Of a stretch of 64,000 nucleotides of DNA, positions 12,001 through 22,900 are shown one piece after another. The notes under the pieces are model-generated. The model was not told the origin of the DNA, did not search any database, and was given only the letters and a program-made list of their open reading frames with translations. The translations under genes were made by a program, and so were the position numbers. The DNA is from Paragordius varius (Eukaryota; Animalia; Nematomorpha): contig OZ176054.1 of the NCBI GenBank assembly GCA_964247055.1, forward strand, positions 8,184,001 to 8,248,000. The letters are read 5' to 3'. Numbering within the stretch: position 1 is the stretch's first letter; every line of letters starts with the position of its first letter.

Positions 12001-14561
12001 AGTTGGTCCTTTGACTTTTTTGTTTTGTTTTTAACTTTTATCAATCAAATCGTAAATAATTCATCTCTTTTATTATTTTTAACCTATTTTCTATTATTAA
12101 ACATAAATATTTAATCGATATCGACTTTTAATCTTTGAGAAACCGTATATCTTTATTTATTTCTTAAAATAATTTTGGATATTTATAAGATTTTAAAACA
12201 AGAAATGAAAAAATATATAAGTTTTCTGGGTTATTAATTAAATTTTTTTTATAATAAACATTTAAAAGTCAATGATTATGTTCAATTGAAAAAAAATAGT
12301 TTGAAACAAATAAGTGGTTAAATTTTTTATTTTTAAATGAATAAATATAAAATAAATAAAGAAAATTAGGTTAATAAATAATAAAATAAAAAAATAAATG
12401 CAAAATATGGTTGATCAAAATTTATAAATTTTAAGGACCAACATGAAATGTTCAAGGACCAACTTGAAGTGTTCAAGGACACTCTTGAAGTGCAAATGGT
12501 ATAAAATAATGGGTGGGCACTTTGTTTAAAATATAATTATGAAATAGATATGGTGACAAATTACTACTGTTTCGTTAGATAATTCAGAATTTTATAGATA
12601 TCAAAAAAATTATAAAACAAATAAATTTATATTTATGAAATAAATGCTGTGTTATATTAAGCATTTCCATAAAGTGATATAACTAAATAAAAAACTGAAA
12701 AGGATAAAATTATATTTTTAAAATTTACATGCTCACTGCATATCAAAATTAAAAGACATGCTGCAATTCATTTACCTAAGTTATTGTAGATAAGCTTTCA
12801 TTTTGACTCATAAAGTTTATTTTATTTAAGCAAAAAATTAAAAAATGGAATCAAGTGAACCTAATTTATGCCTTCTCTTTATGAATTCATCTTTTCGAGG
12901 ATCAAAAGCATAAACTGTGTGAGATTCATCAAAACTATCACTTGTAACCGTGGACACAATAGATGATGGCTTACTGGCTAATAGTGTCGTTTCTGTTTGA
13001 GCAGATTTCTCCAAAAAATTATTCTGAAATTCTGGCGTTATTATATTGTTCTCTTCAGTGACTTGTGGTGACGATTTTAAAGTAATAGTTTCGTGTGTGG
13101 GAACATTTAAAATATTGTCAAACGAGTTGTTTGATACAACTTTAATTTCTGATGACAAATTTGTCGTCGAAAACGTGGAATGTATATCGATTGGATTTAT
13201 TTCATGGGTAAGGTTACGGACATTATCATCTTTTTGTTCACTTGGTACAATAGTTTCGTTTTTTGTACTGTTTTTATCGGAAAAATCTTGCAAAAAACTC
13301 TATATTAACACATAAATATAGGAAATAAAATTATAGTTATTTTTGGGGCGTTTTAAAAAGATGACATTAAGTTTGATTCGTAACACTTAAAAAATAATTT
13401 TGTATAATATTACTTTTGCATCCAAATCAAAAACTTTTTCATTTTTGTGATTAATTTCAGAAGTTGGTGGATCTATTTTGCTCGAAAATTGTTCATACCT
13501 AAATTAAGTTAATATTTAGTAAATGTTATACTCTGCCCAAATATAAAATAATTTTTTCTCTCAATCATACCATTTTAAAAAATCCGCTTCTGAAAACTTT
13601 TTTTCAGGGCCATGTACTTTGGGGCATTCAGAGATTTCAACTTCGTTTGGGTTTAAAATTAATCTATTATTAAGTGTGTTTGAATTGTGTTCGATATATT
13701 TTCCAGTATCTTGGCTTTTCCCATCATAAACTCCGCATTCAAGTTTATAATCCTCATTAATTTCAATGCCTTCAGGTATAGCATCATCGTCAAACGCATT
13801 CTCTTCCGTTTTTTCAAAGGGGTTTTCAACATTTTGATCAAACCGATATCCTGAAACGATAAGAGCTGCTGTAGAAAATTTATCAGTCTTTTTGGGATCG
13901 TAATATATGGATGGATGTAACAAGGGTAATTTTGTATTAATTGTAAGAGATAATATTTTTTGGATGATTGCAAGAAATTTATTATATCTATAGGCATCTA
14001 ATACAAAAGCATCATTTGAGTATAGTGATTTGAGCAAATCAGCGTCACACAGCGTTGGAAAAGTTGTAAAACTTTTAAGATATTCAAAATCGTTTACAAT
14101 ATGGCGTATCCACATTTTGGAAAGTGAAATATCGCTAATTATATTTTCTAAATCAAATAGTGTGATATCATTTGTGTTCTCTAAGGAATGTAGATCATTT
14201 AAGAGTTTTATATTATCGAAATTAATAGCATATGTGAAAATTTCTTTCACCCATGCGTTACATAACGATTTAGTATCTTTTCCACTGATAAATAACTTTA
14301 ATAATGGCCACAAAGATATATTAATCAAATTTGTATCATGTGGTACATATATGATTTTATTTAAATACACTGCTTCAAGTCCTATGCATAACTAATATAA
14401 ATATGGGAAAATACCGAATTAAGTAAATCATGAATCGAAATGGGATCATTTAAATAATATTGATGGGTATCTGTTTTACTTTCTAAAATATTGACAATTT
14501 TTTCCAAATAATTTATAAGTGAATCTTTTATGAATCCATGGTGCGAGTTTAAAAATGTCAT
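7370..14561 (-). CDS. PLEKHM1: PLEKHM1-like protein (N-terminal RUN domain, C-terminal Rubicon-homology zinc-binding domain), multi-exon
   Basis: Exon 14415-14561 plus the exon from 14391 give IKDSLINYLEKI...NSLCIGLEAVY...SLWPLLK...KMWIRHIVND (RUN motifs). Exon 11408-11461 gives GLDLQDNVCANSLC. Exon 11090-11214 gives CHYDGFYYCMACHKDESSIIPSRVLLNWD. Further exons give VCCKH...RALRLFYFTYL, HLSEFYSIQEI, NHISKLCDHC...CIDC...CLTC. No PH domain was recognised, and some middle exons are unresolved. Confidence 0.82.
9671..10870. mobile_element. 1.2-kb fold-back (long-TIR non-autonomous DNA transposon) in a PLEKHM1-like intron
   Basis: Diverged inverted arms at ~9671-10237 and ~10284-10870, separated by a ~46-bp spacer. 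Termini are TTGTGTGCAA...TTGCACACAG, flanked by TA on both sides. Confidence 0.8.
11966..12499. mobile_element. MITE with TA flanks and 21-bp subterminal repeats (Tc1/mariner-like)
   Basis: TA|CCATTTGCACTTTAAGAGTGTCCTTGAACACTTCAAGTTGGTCC at the left end and its reverse complement ...GTGCAAATGG|TA at the right end. Three ~21-bp tandem units lie at 12433-12491. Confidence 0.8.
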
Positions 14562-14619
14562 ATTTTTATATGCATGTTAACCGGTTTAGCATGTTTATTA
14601 CAAAAATTCACCTCCTAAT

Positions 14620-15020
14620 CTATATATTTATAAAAATAAAAAATGGTAATCATTAATGAATGTCGCGACAATAGCCCCGCCCCTTTTTTGAATTAAATCC
14701 CCAGTTTGGGCCCACCCCGTGTAAAAAACGGGTTTTTTGAAAACAAAAGTCCACAAAAATTTGAGACAATTTTTCCGAAAACTTGTTGGACCATTCGATA
14801 TCGAATATGATTTTTCTTTAGTTATTTTCGATTGCGCCGAACATAGTCGGCTCGATTTTTTAACTTAGGCCCTCTTTTTACGCACTCCCCCTTAAAATGC
14901 CATTTTTTTCAAAAAAATTCACTCTTTTTACCCAATCCCCCATAAAATGCCACTTTTTTTAAAAAAAATTAAGTTCACAAAAATAATTTTTTTAATTTAT
15001 TTTGCGCCCAAGTATGAGAC
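14620..15020 (+). repeat. Dispersed repeat, copy 2 (same family as 3160-3570), just upstream of the PLEKHM1-like ATG
   Basis: Collinear similarity to 3160-3570. It contains an extra tandem copy of the tttacnc.ctcccc.taaaatgcca unit. Confidence 0.7.
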
Positions 15021-15049
15021 CGCAAAAATTCAATAAGGACTCAAGGTAT

Positions 15050-15900
15050 TCCTGTTAAAAGGCAAACATTTTAGTCAAGCGTTTCTTTGATGATAGCTGC
15101 TGAGTAAGGAGCTACCCGCAAAAAACTGACCCGTTATATAGAAATAACGTGCTTTTGGAAGCTAAGTTTTAGAAAACCTATCACATATGACAATAACTGC
15201 TTAAAATATTACCCGTAACAAGGCAAAAATCTAGATCGTACGGTTTTTTAAAATAAGGCGCTAATTAAGCCCTACACGCCCTAAAAAATGCGCCAAATGA
15301 TTTTTATATTTTGAGGCAATTTTTCTAAAAACTAATGAGAGCATATGGAATCAATCATGATTTATTCTCCTAAAAAGGCAAAAATAATAATCAAGCGCTT
15401 TTTTTGTATCAGCCTCTGGGTAGGAGAGCTAAAAACTGCTCCATTATATAGAAATTTAAAGAAAACTTGTGCCATATGAGCTCATTTAAAGTTCTATATA
15501 TTAACCGTAAGGAAAAAAATAAGGTCAGGCCTTTTTTTATTAACCGTTAATTTGGAGCCTTTTTGTTCCCTAAAACACCATCATATAACGATTATTTGTT
15601 GAAGTATTTTTTCGAATAACCCATGAGACGATGGTCTCAAAGATGATTCCAAAAATCTTCCCTATAAAGGCAAAAAATTTAACTTAGCGCTTTTTCCATA
15701 TAGACCTGTGGGTAGAAGTGTACCGGTTTAAAACCGAGACGCCGTACAAAAATGGAGTGGCTTTGGAGATAATTTTTTAAAAACTCAAAGGCTGAAAATA
15801 TTACAAAAAGGTAAAAATTATAATTTAGAGGGTTTTTCCGTTAGCCGTCAATTTGGGGCCTTTACACCAGTAAACAATGTAATAGTATGAATGCAACATT
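15050..15900. repeat. Degenerate tandem array, ~150-bp monomer with apparent ~305-bp dimer periodicity
   Basis: An aagg(c/a/t)aaaaa anchor recurs at ~15059, 15220, 15375, 15509, 15667 and 15808. Alternate units share more similarity (e.g. caagcg..ttt...gctaaaaactg..cc.ttatatagaaat). Confidence 0.5.
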
Positions 15901-16771
15901 AAGAAAACCTATACGATCAAAGCAATTAAATAATGTTTCGAAATAATCCACATATATGGATCATTTTATTGATCCCTTTTTTCGAATAGCTCCCTCCCCC
16001 GGAAGTCCGAAGGACTTCCATAGTATCCCATGAATACTTCGTGATATCCCAAATGCTTCACGTATTATTACTCATTTTGTTAGGAGATTTTTTAATTTAT
16101 TTAAATAAAAATTTGACAATTTTACACGAGATTAACATTAAAAATATACCTTTATTAACTTTAAGATATTTTTTTCATAAATTTTAAAGCGATGATCGAT
16201 TGTTCATCAAGTTAGGAAATTATAAATAAGATATATCTCTTCAAGATTTCATCCAACCGCGATCTAATTTATTCATCAAAGATATATTGATATAATAAAA
16301 ATTCAAATTATATTTGTTGACCAAAATAAAATTTAGTAGCGAGAAAACTTTATGAATTGTTTCTGTTTTTATACGACGAAAAGATTTTCAAATCAATTTT
16401 TTTGACAAAATTATCGGTAAATACACTATTTAACAGTATATTGATTATTGGTACCAAAACAACTGTACTTAATATTTGGTATTATTAAAAATAGATTTAA
16501 AATATATCTGTAATGTTTGCGAATATATTTTTTGCGCAGTTAAAGAATACTTTCAGATGCAACTGACAATCATTTAACAGATTTTTACTAAAAAAATCAT
16601 TATCTTTTGTATTCCCCCAATTTGAATAGGACAAATAGCCAAAATTTATCAAATAAAAAATTTATAACATTAAGAAAGGTTTCAATTAAATATAAAACCC
16701 CAAAAAAATTTTTTAGATGTGGTCTCCCAAAGTTCAAAGTTTGCTTTTCTAAAATGGGCTATTCCTCTTAA

Positions 16772-17279
16772 CACTTCGATTCAATTTGGGGTATCTAAAT
16801 ACCCCAGACTAAATTTGATTTAGGATTTTTTAAAAACTACTGAAGGAAACGGTCCTAATTTAAGTTTATGCTTCTATCCTAATCAAAATTATATAAATAT
16901 GCCAAAATATCTAAATAAGATTTTGTTTTGAAAAAAAATTCCATGTCAAACTACTTCGACGCCATTTTTATTTTACAAAATTTTTGTAAAATATCGTCTT
17001 TGCGGTTTAGTTTGTATAATTTTTCAATTTTACAATTTGACACATGTCACGTTGACGAAATTTTTACCTTTCGGTTTTAGCATAAAATAAGTAATATCAT
17101 CTATTTTTGAATAAATTTTTTTATATATTTCGGTTTATTGATGTTAGATAAGTGCAAAATTTTGCCATGGTTTCGATTCCTTCTATATTTTTTAAAAAAT
17201 TTAATTTTAAACAGGCCAAGGGTATTTAACTACCCCAATTTGAATCGAAGGACAAAAATGAATCTGTTGTATCCAAGTG
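16772..17279. mobile_element. TTAA-flanked non-autonomous element (piggyBac-like), copy 1
   Basis: TTAA|CACTTCGATTC...GTATCCAAGTG|TTAA, with a subterminal inverted block (cttcgattcaa.ttggggta..taaatacccc). Same family as 18611-19771 and 62758-63326. A ~75-bp internally deleted relic lies at ~17434-17506. Confidence 0.8.
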
Positions 17280-18134
17280 TTAATAATAAACGCGCAAACC
17301 CCTTCAATATATCCTAAATTTAATCAACATAAATTATGCATGCTTTTTTTTTAAAAAAAATAATTTTGAGCAAAACTTTGTTGAAATTGGCTTAATCTTG
17401 AGTCAAAATGGAAACGGTTTATAAACTCTCTAACACTTTGCTTTGAATTAAATTTATATTTTTTTAAAAATTTTTTTGGATGAAATGAATCTCTCCGATC
17501 CAAGTGTTAAATTATTACAAAAGCATTATATATATAATAATTCCATAATGCCGAACATTTTCTCCAAAATTTTAAGTCGGATGTTTACCTGAAAATATTG
17601 GTGCAGTTTTATAAAACAATTTTTAATTAATATATTCGAAAGACGAATGAATATTATGGCAACTCTCAGGTGATCGAAATGTTTAGTACCATAAAATTCT
17701 AAAATTATTTTTATGTCTTAAGCGTTTTAAAACCGTTTCCACCATGACTCAAAATGAAGTAAACTTTAACAAAATTTAAAAATCATATTTTTATTATACA
17801 TGCATAAGATATTTCAAAATTTTACAATTGAATATATCGCACAATCCCGGGGTTGGTGCGTTTATTTTAAGAGGACTAGCCAATTAGAGAAGAGCAAAAT
17901 TTTTTTGGACCTTCAAATACTAAAATTTTTTAAATATTGTTTTGCCTTTTATGTGTAGTTTATGATATATTATACTGATATTTTAGGAATATTCTCTGAT
18001 TTTTACCATAAAAAAACATGCACAAATTTAGGTATTTTCTTATATAGAGAATTACCACAAAAGTGTAAATATCCTTAAATCCCTCTAAGGACCAAAATCA
18101 AAACACTATAATAATTCTGATACATTTTTCTATC

Positions 18135-18175
<41 letters not shown>

Positions 18176-18610
18176 CAGGCTATTTTTTTATGGACGCTGT
18201 GTATATATAAAATTATCACGAAATGATATTTTTGTTTTATTTTAAAAGATTAGCCCATTTTAAAATGGTGAAAAGTTTAAGACTTTTGTAGCTCGCTCTT
18301 TAAAAATTTAATAAATGTTGATTTGCCCTTTATATGTATTTTAGGATATATTTTAGTCTACTTTTTGAATTGAGGCGGTAGCTTTCATCAAAAAAGTTTT
18401 TTAACAAAAGAAATATTCTGCCATTTTCTGATATAGAGAAGTTACCAAAAAAATGCAATTAACTTTTCAATCGGTGTAAAACCAAACGCACTATGATAAC
18501 CTGAATACATATTCTACCAGTATATTTCATATGACCATCGATTTCGTGCGCAATGTGGATACAAAAACATTTGATAATTAGTTATTCATAATAATACTAT
18601 TTTATTTTAA

Positions 18611-19771
18611 CACTTCGATTCAAATTGGGGTATCTAAATACTCCAGACTAAATTTAAGTTAAAATTTTTAAAAAAGGAAACGGTCCCAATTTAAATTTAT
18701 GCTTCTATCCTGATAAAAATTATATAAATATGATAAAATATCTTGATGAAATTTTGTTTTGAAAAAAAAGTTTCATCTCAAACTACTTCGACGCCATTTT
18801 TATTTTACAAAATTTTTGACAAATATTGTCTTTATTTAATTTTAACACTTCGATTCAAATTGGGGTATACAAATACCCCAGACTAAATTAAAATTAATAT
18901 TTTTAAAAAACATCTGAGTAAAACGGTCCCAATTTAAATTTATGCTTCTATCCTAATTAAAATTATATAAATATGCCAAAATATCTAAATAAATTTTGTT
19001 TTGAAAAAAAAGTTCCATGTCAAACTACTTCGACGCCATTTTTATTTTACAAAATTTTTGCAAAATATCGTCTTTATTTAATTTTAAGGGTAAAATTAAA
19101 GCTAATTTTTTATTTAAATTACATCTAACATTGATAGAAATAGAAAAAGTGGTTTATTTTGTAATATTTTTCAATTTTACCATTGCACACATGTCACGTC
19201 GACCAATTTTTTACCTTTCGGTTTTAGCTCAAAATAAATAATATCAAGTATTTTTGAATAAAATTTTTTATATATACCGGGGTATTTATGTTATATAAGT
19301 GCAAAATTTTGCCATGGTTTTGATTCCTCCTATATTTTTTAAAAAATTTAATTTTAAACAGGCCTGGAGTATTATTTAACTACCCCAATTTAAATCGAAG
19401 GACTAAAATGAATGTGTAGTATCCAAGTGTTAAGGGTAAAACTAAAGCTAAATTTTAATATAAATTATATCTAACATTGTTAGAAATAGAAAAAGCGGTT
19501 TAATTTGTATTATTTTTCAATTTTACCATTTGACACATGTCACGTTGACGAAATTTTTACCTTTAGGTTTTAGCTTAAAATATTTAATATCAAATGTTTT
19601 TGAATAAAATTTTTTATACATTTAGGTTTATTTATGTTATATAAGTGCAAAATTTTGCCATGGTTTCGATTCCTTCCATACTTTTTAAAAGTATTTGATT
19701 TTAAACAGGCCTGGGGTATCCAACTATCAATTTGAATCGAAGGACTACAATGAGTGTGTTGTATCCAAGTG
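18611..19771. mobile_element. Two piggyBac-like TTAA elements, one (18846-19429) nested in the other (18611-18841 + 19434-19771)
   Basis: TTAA at 18607, 18842, 19430 and 19772. The outer halves rejoin into one complete family member at its internal TTAA site. Confidence 0.8.
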
Positions 19772-19921
19772 TTAATTTAAACGCTCTAGATAAAAAAACA
19801 CCAATATATATTATTCATATAAAAAATAAAAAATAAGCCAGTGTTATAGCGCATGTGTATTTTAAATAAAACATCTGTACCATTTTTTTACCTTTGTTAA
19901 CGCTCATATGAATTTTACCTG

Positions 19922-22900
19922 ATGGCAGCAACTTTAAAAAGAGAACACATTGACAAGCTTACGAAGATTATTAAGCGCTGGAATTCAGATAGATTAGATT
20001 TATTTGAAATTTCTGTACCAAATGAGGTGACCAATTTTAATAAACCCTTTTTATATTTGACTTTATTGCGGATATTATTTAGCTTTTACAGTAATATTTT
20101 CCAAGATATTTTTTACATATTTGTAATATATATTTAATTTTGGTATTACGTGTTTTTTGAAATACATTTAATTTTGACCACTTTGTTAGGAAATACTTAT
20201 ATGATGAATTATTTGAAATCATTGTTTGGTGTTGCATATCACACCTAATTGTCAGGGATTATACATTTATATGTCATGATAAAAAGTTGAATAGAATTGA
20301 TTTTGACAAAAATTATACCTATTTGATAAAAATATATAATTTTTAAGTATATTTTTACATAGACCATACCTTTCTCCTATTATTTGAAAATTTGATATTA
20401 CAAAAATTAATACGTACAAACTTTAATAATTTAATAATTGCTACACACTTTTATTTCCATCTCCTTTTGAATGAAATATTGACTAAATCTTCCAGGTCGC
20501 ATTATTGAATTTTGGTACGTTGTCCTGATTAATATAGACATAATTTTTTAGCAGGATATACAAATTTTTTTTAAACAGTTTTTACCCAAATATATCTGTT
20601 TAGTATTAATTAAAGTTTAACTTCTTTTGATTACATTTTTTCAAGTTTTGCATAAATAGTGTAGGGATTTTTTGCTTGCGTAATCACTGTGTATGTGTCT
20701 TATCTCCTTATCAATCTTTTATGCAAAAAAACCTATAAATTTTATGCTGTGCCTGCTTGCATTAAGGAAGAGAGATGGAATCTTTCTGTTATATAGTATA
20801 TAAAATAGGTAGGAAAAGCAAAGTTTTGGATTGCCTGATAATGATACTATTTAATAATTTAATTTTATCTATTCAATTCCATTCCATTCGTTTATACATA
20901 ATTTTTGAGCAATATTAATTGATTAATTAACATGGTTTTTGTTGTTTTATAAAACATATAGATACTTTTGTGTTTGCATTTATATAAAAATATTTTTTAA
21001 ACCACATTTATGGTAGGATTGCAAAATTTTGTTGTTTTTTGTTTTTCCTAAGGAGTGATTTATGCTCTGATTAACAAATTTTTCATTTACTTCCCTTAAC
21101 AAACTACAATTTATAAACTCACTACTCACTTTTTTTGTGTGTTTATTACAATAGTTACACAGTGTGCAACAAATTTACTCAAAACATCATACCTAGCTTA
21201 ATATAACCCTTGTGACATATACATCTCAAAAATATAAGGATAAAAAAAATTGTCAATGTAGAAAATTTTTTTTTCACTTTTTCCATATATGGATATATTC
21301 GGAAAAAATCAATTTATTTGCATAATACTTGATCAAAAATTATAAAACTTATATATAATATAAATAATATTAAATAAATATTATTTGCAAATTTTGGCTC
21401 AATATGAATGGATAGATTTAAAATAAACGTCAATTTATTAAATCCAACTAAATTTAGCCCTTTATATTAGTAACATAAAAAATACTTGATGAAAATCAAT
21501 ATAATATGCGCCAAAATTTAAGTTTAACTTTATATGTTAATATAAATATTACTTATATATAATAAAAATTAGGTTTTAACTAAGTTAAAAATTTTTAAAA
21601 TTTTTTATTTTACTAAAATAAAATTAAATTTTTTTAATATCAACTGTAATATAATCATGTCTGGTGATTATAAATATAACCATATGGATTTTTTTACCTG
21701 GATTTTTGAATTGTAGATGATATTGACTGTTGCTTTACCCTGATATGATGGTATATTTTATAATAATTATAGATAAATATATTTGGAATTTAGATATAAC
21801 ATTGAAAAACCAATGTAATCCATTGTGAAAATCATATTTTAAAGACAAACTTGCTAATCACAAGCAAACATCCACCAAAAAATTATATTTTGATACATTA
21901 TGTTCATTGTGTAATAAATTAATATATTTAATTTTTTTAATATAAAATTGTTTACTTGTTTTTATACGAATGTGGGCAAGGTCCATCCAAAGATTTCTAT
22001 TAGTTTTAATGTTGAGTTCTGCCAAAGAATTGGTTTCTCTTAAATTACCCATTCTAATTTAAATAAAACTCCTCCATAGATTGCTATTTTTTGTTATGTT
22101 GAGTTATGCCAGTATTCAGGCACATAATTATTTTAGGTTCATTTAGAAATGTAAAATTTAAAAATATCTTCTGAATACGGCCAGTTTTTTCTTGAATGAT
22201 TTTTTAAAAAACGGTTTATGGCAAAAGAAAGTGTTAACGAAGTATACATCAGTTTTACCAAAACTTGGGCTCTAAAAGCTTATTTATGGCCCTGAATTAT
22301 CAATTAAATTTTATGTCATACTTATTTTTAATATAAATGTCTGCAAGTTTTTATAGTTATAGTATGTTGCACGGTTCATGAAACAAGATTTTGCAGCCCT
22401 TTTAATTTTTTTTTGAATACCATTTCTTCAAATTCTTATATTTAAATCTTTTAAAAGGTGTTGATAATCATTTTATAAACTATTTTAATCGGGTATTTCA
22501 TGTTATTAATATTTTGGCTAAAAGACTTTCTCAATATCAAGAACTTTTTTAACGAGTTGAATTTCATATACCCGAAGTAGGATAGGTTGTTTGCGATGGC
22601 TTAAGAAGCAAATGAACCTAAAATAATTATGTGCCTGAATACTGGCATAACTCAACATAACAAAAAATAGCAATCTATGGAGGAGTTTTATTTAAATTAG
22701 AATGGGTAATTTAAGAGAAACCAATTCTTTGGCAGAACTCAACATTAAAACTAATAGAAATCTTTGGATGGACCTTGCCCACATTCGTATAAAAACAAGT
22801 AAACAATTTTATATTAAAAAAATTAAATATATTAATTTATTACACAATGAACATAATGTATCAAAATATAATTTTCTGGTGGATGTTTGCTTGTGATTAG

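Noticed and set aside
12433-12491. Three ~21-bp direct repeats, superficially CRISPR-like
   Set aside because: There are no unique spacers or cas genes, the context is eukaryotic, and they are MITE subterminal repeats.
17168-17182. GGTTTCGATTCC, resembling a Pol III B-box or tRNA T-loop
   Set aside because: There is no cloverleaf or A-box, and it is an internal part of the TTAA element. No tRNA, rRNA or snRNA gene was recognised in the window.
17283-17870. Weak inverted similarity flanking the mini TTAA element
   Set aside because: It is probably an old MITE, but it is too degenerate to define ends or a target duplication by eye.
19017-19241. Similar short ORFs MSNYF.AIFILQNFCK at 19017-19241 and 62922-63110
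   Set aside because: They lie inside copies of the same non-autonomous TTAA element and are not conserved as open frames in the 16772 copy.
21158-21185. RAG recombination-signal-like end (CACAGTG + 12 nt + ACTCAAAAC)
   Set aside because: The nonamer matches only 6 of 9, the other end has no 12- or 23-spaced nonamer, the flanking duplication is 3 bp rather than the 5 bp of Transib/RAG, and no RAG-like ORF is present.
21858-22896. Identical 64-aa ORFs on opposite strands (21858-22052 and 22702-22896)
   Set aside because: They are a by-product of the inverted repeat arms and show no protein-family features.
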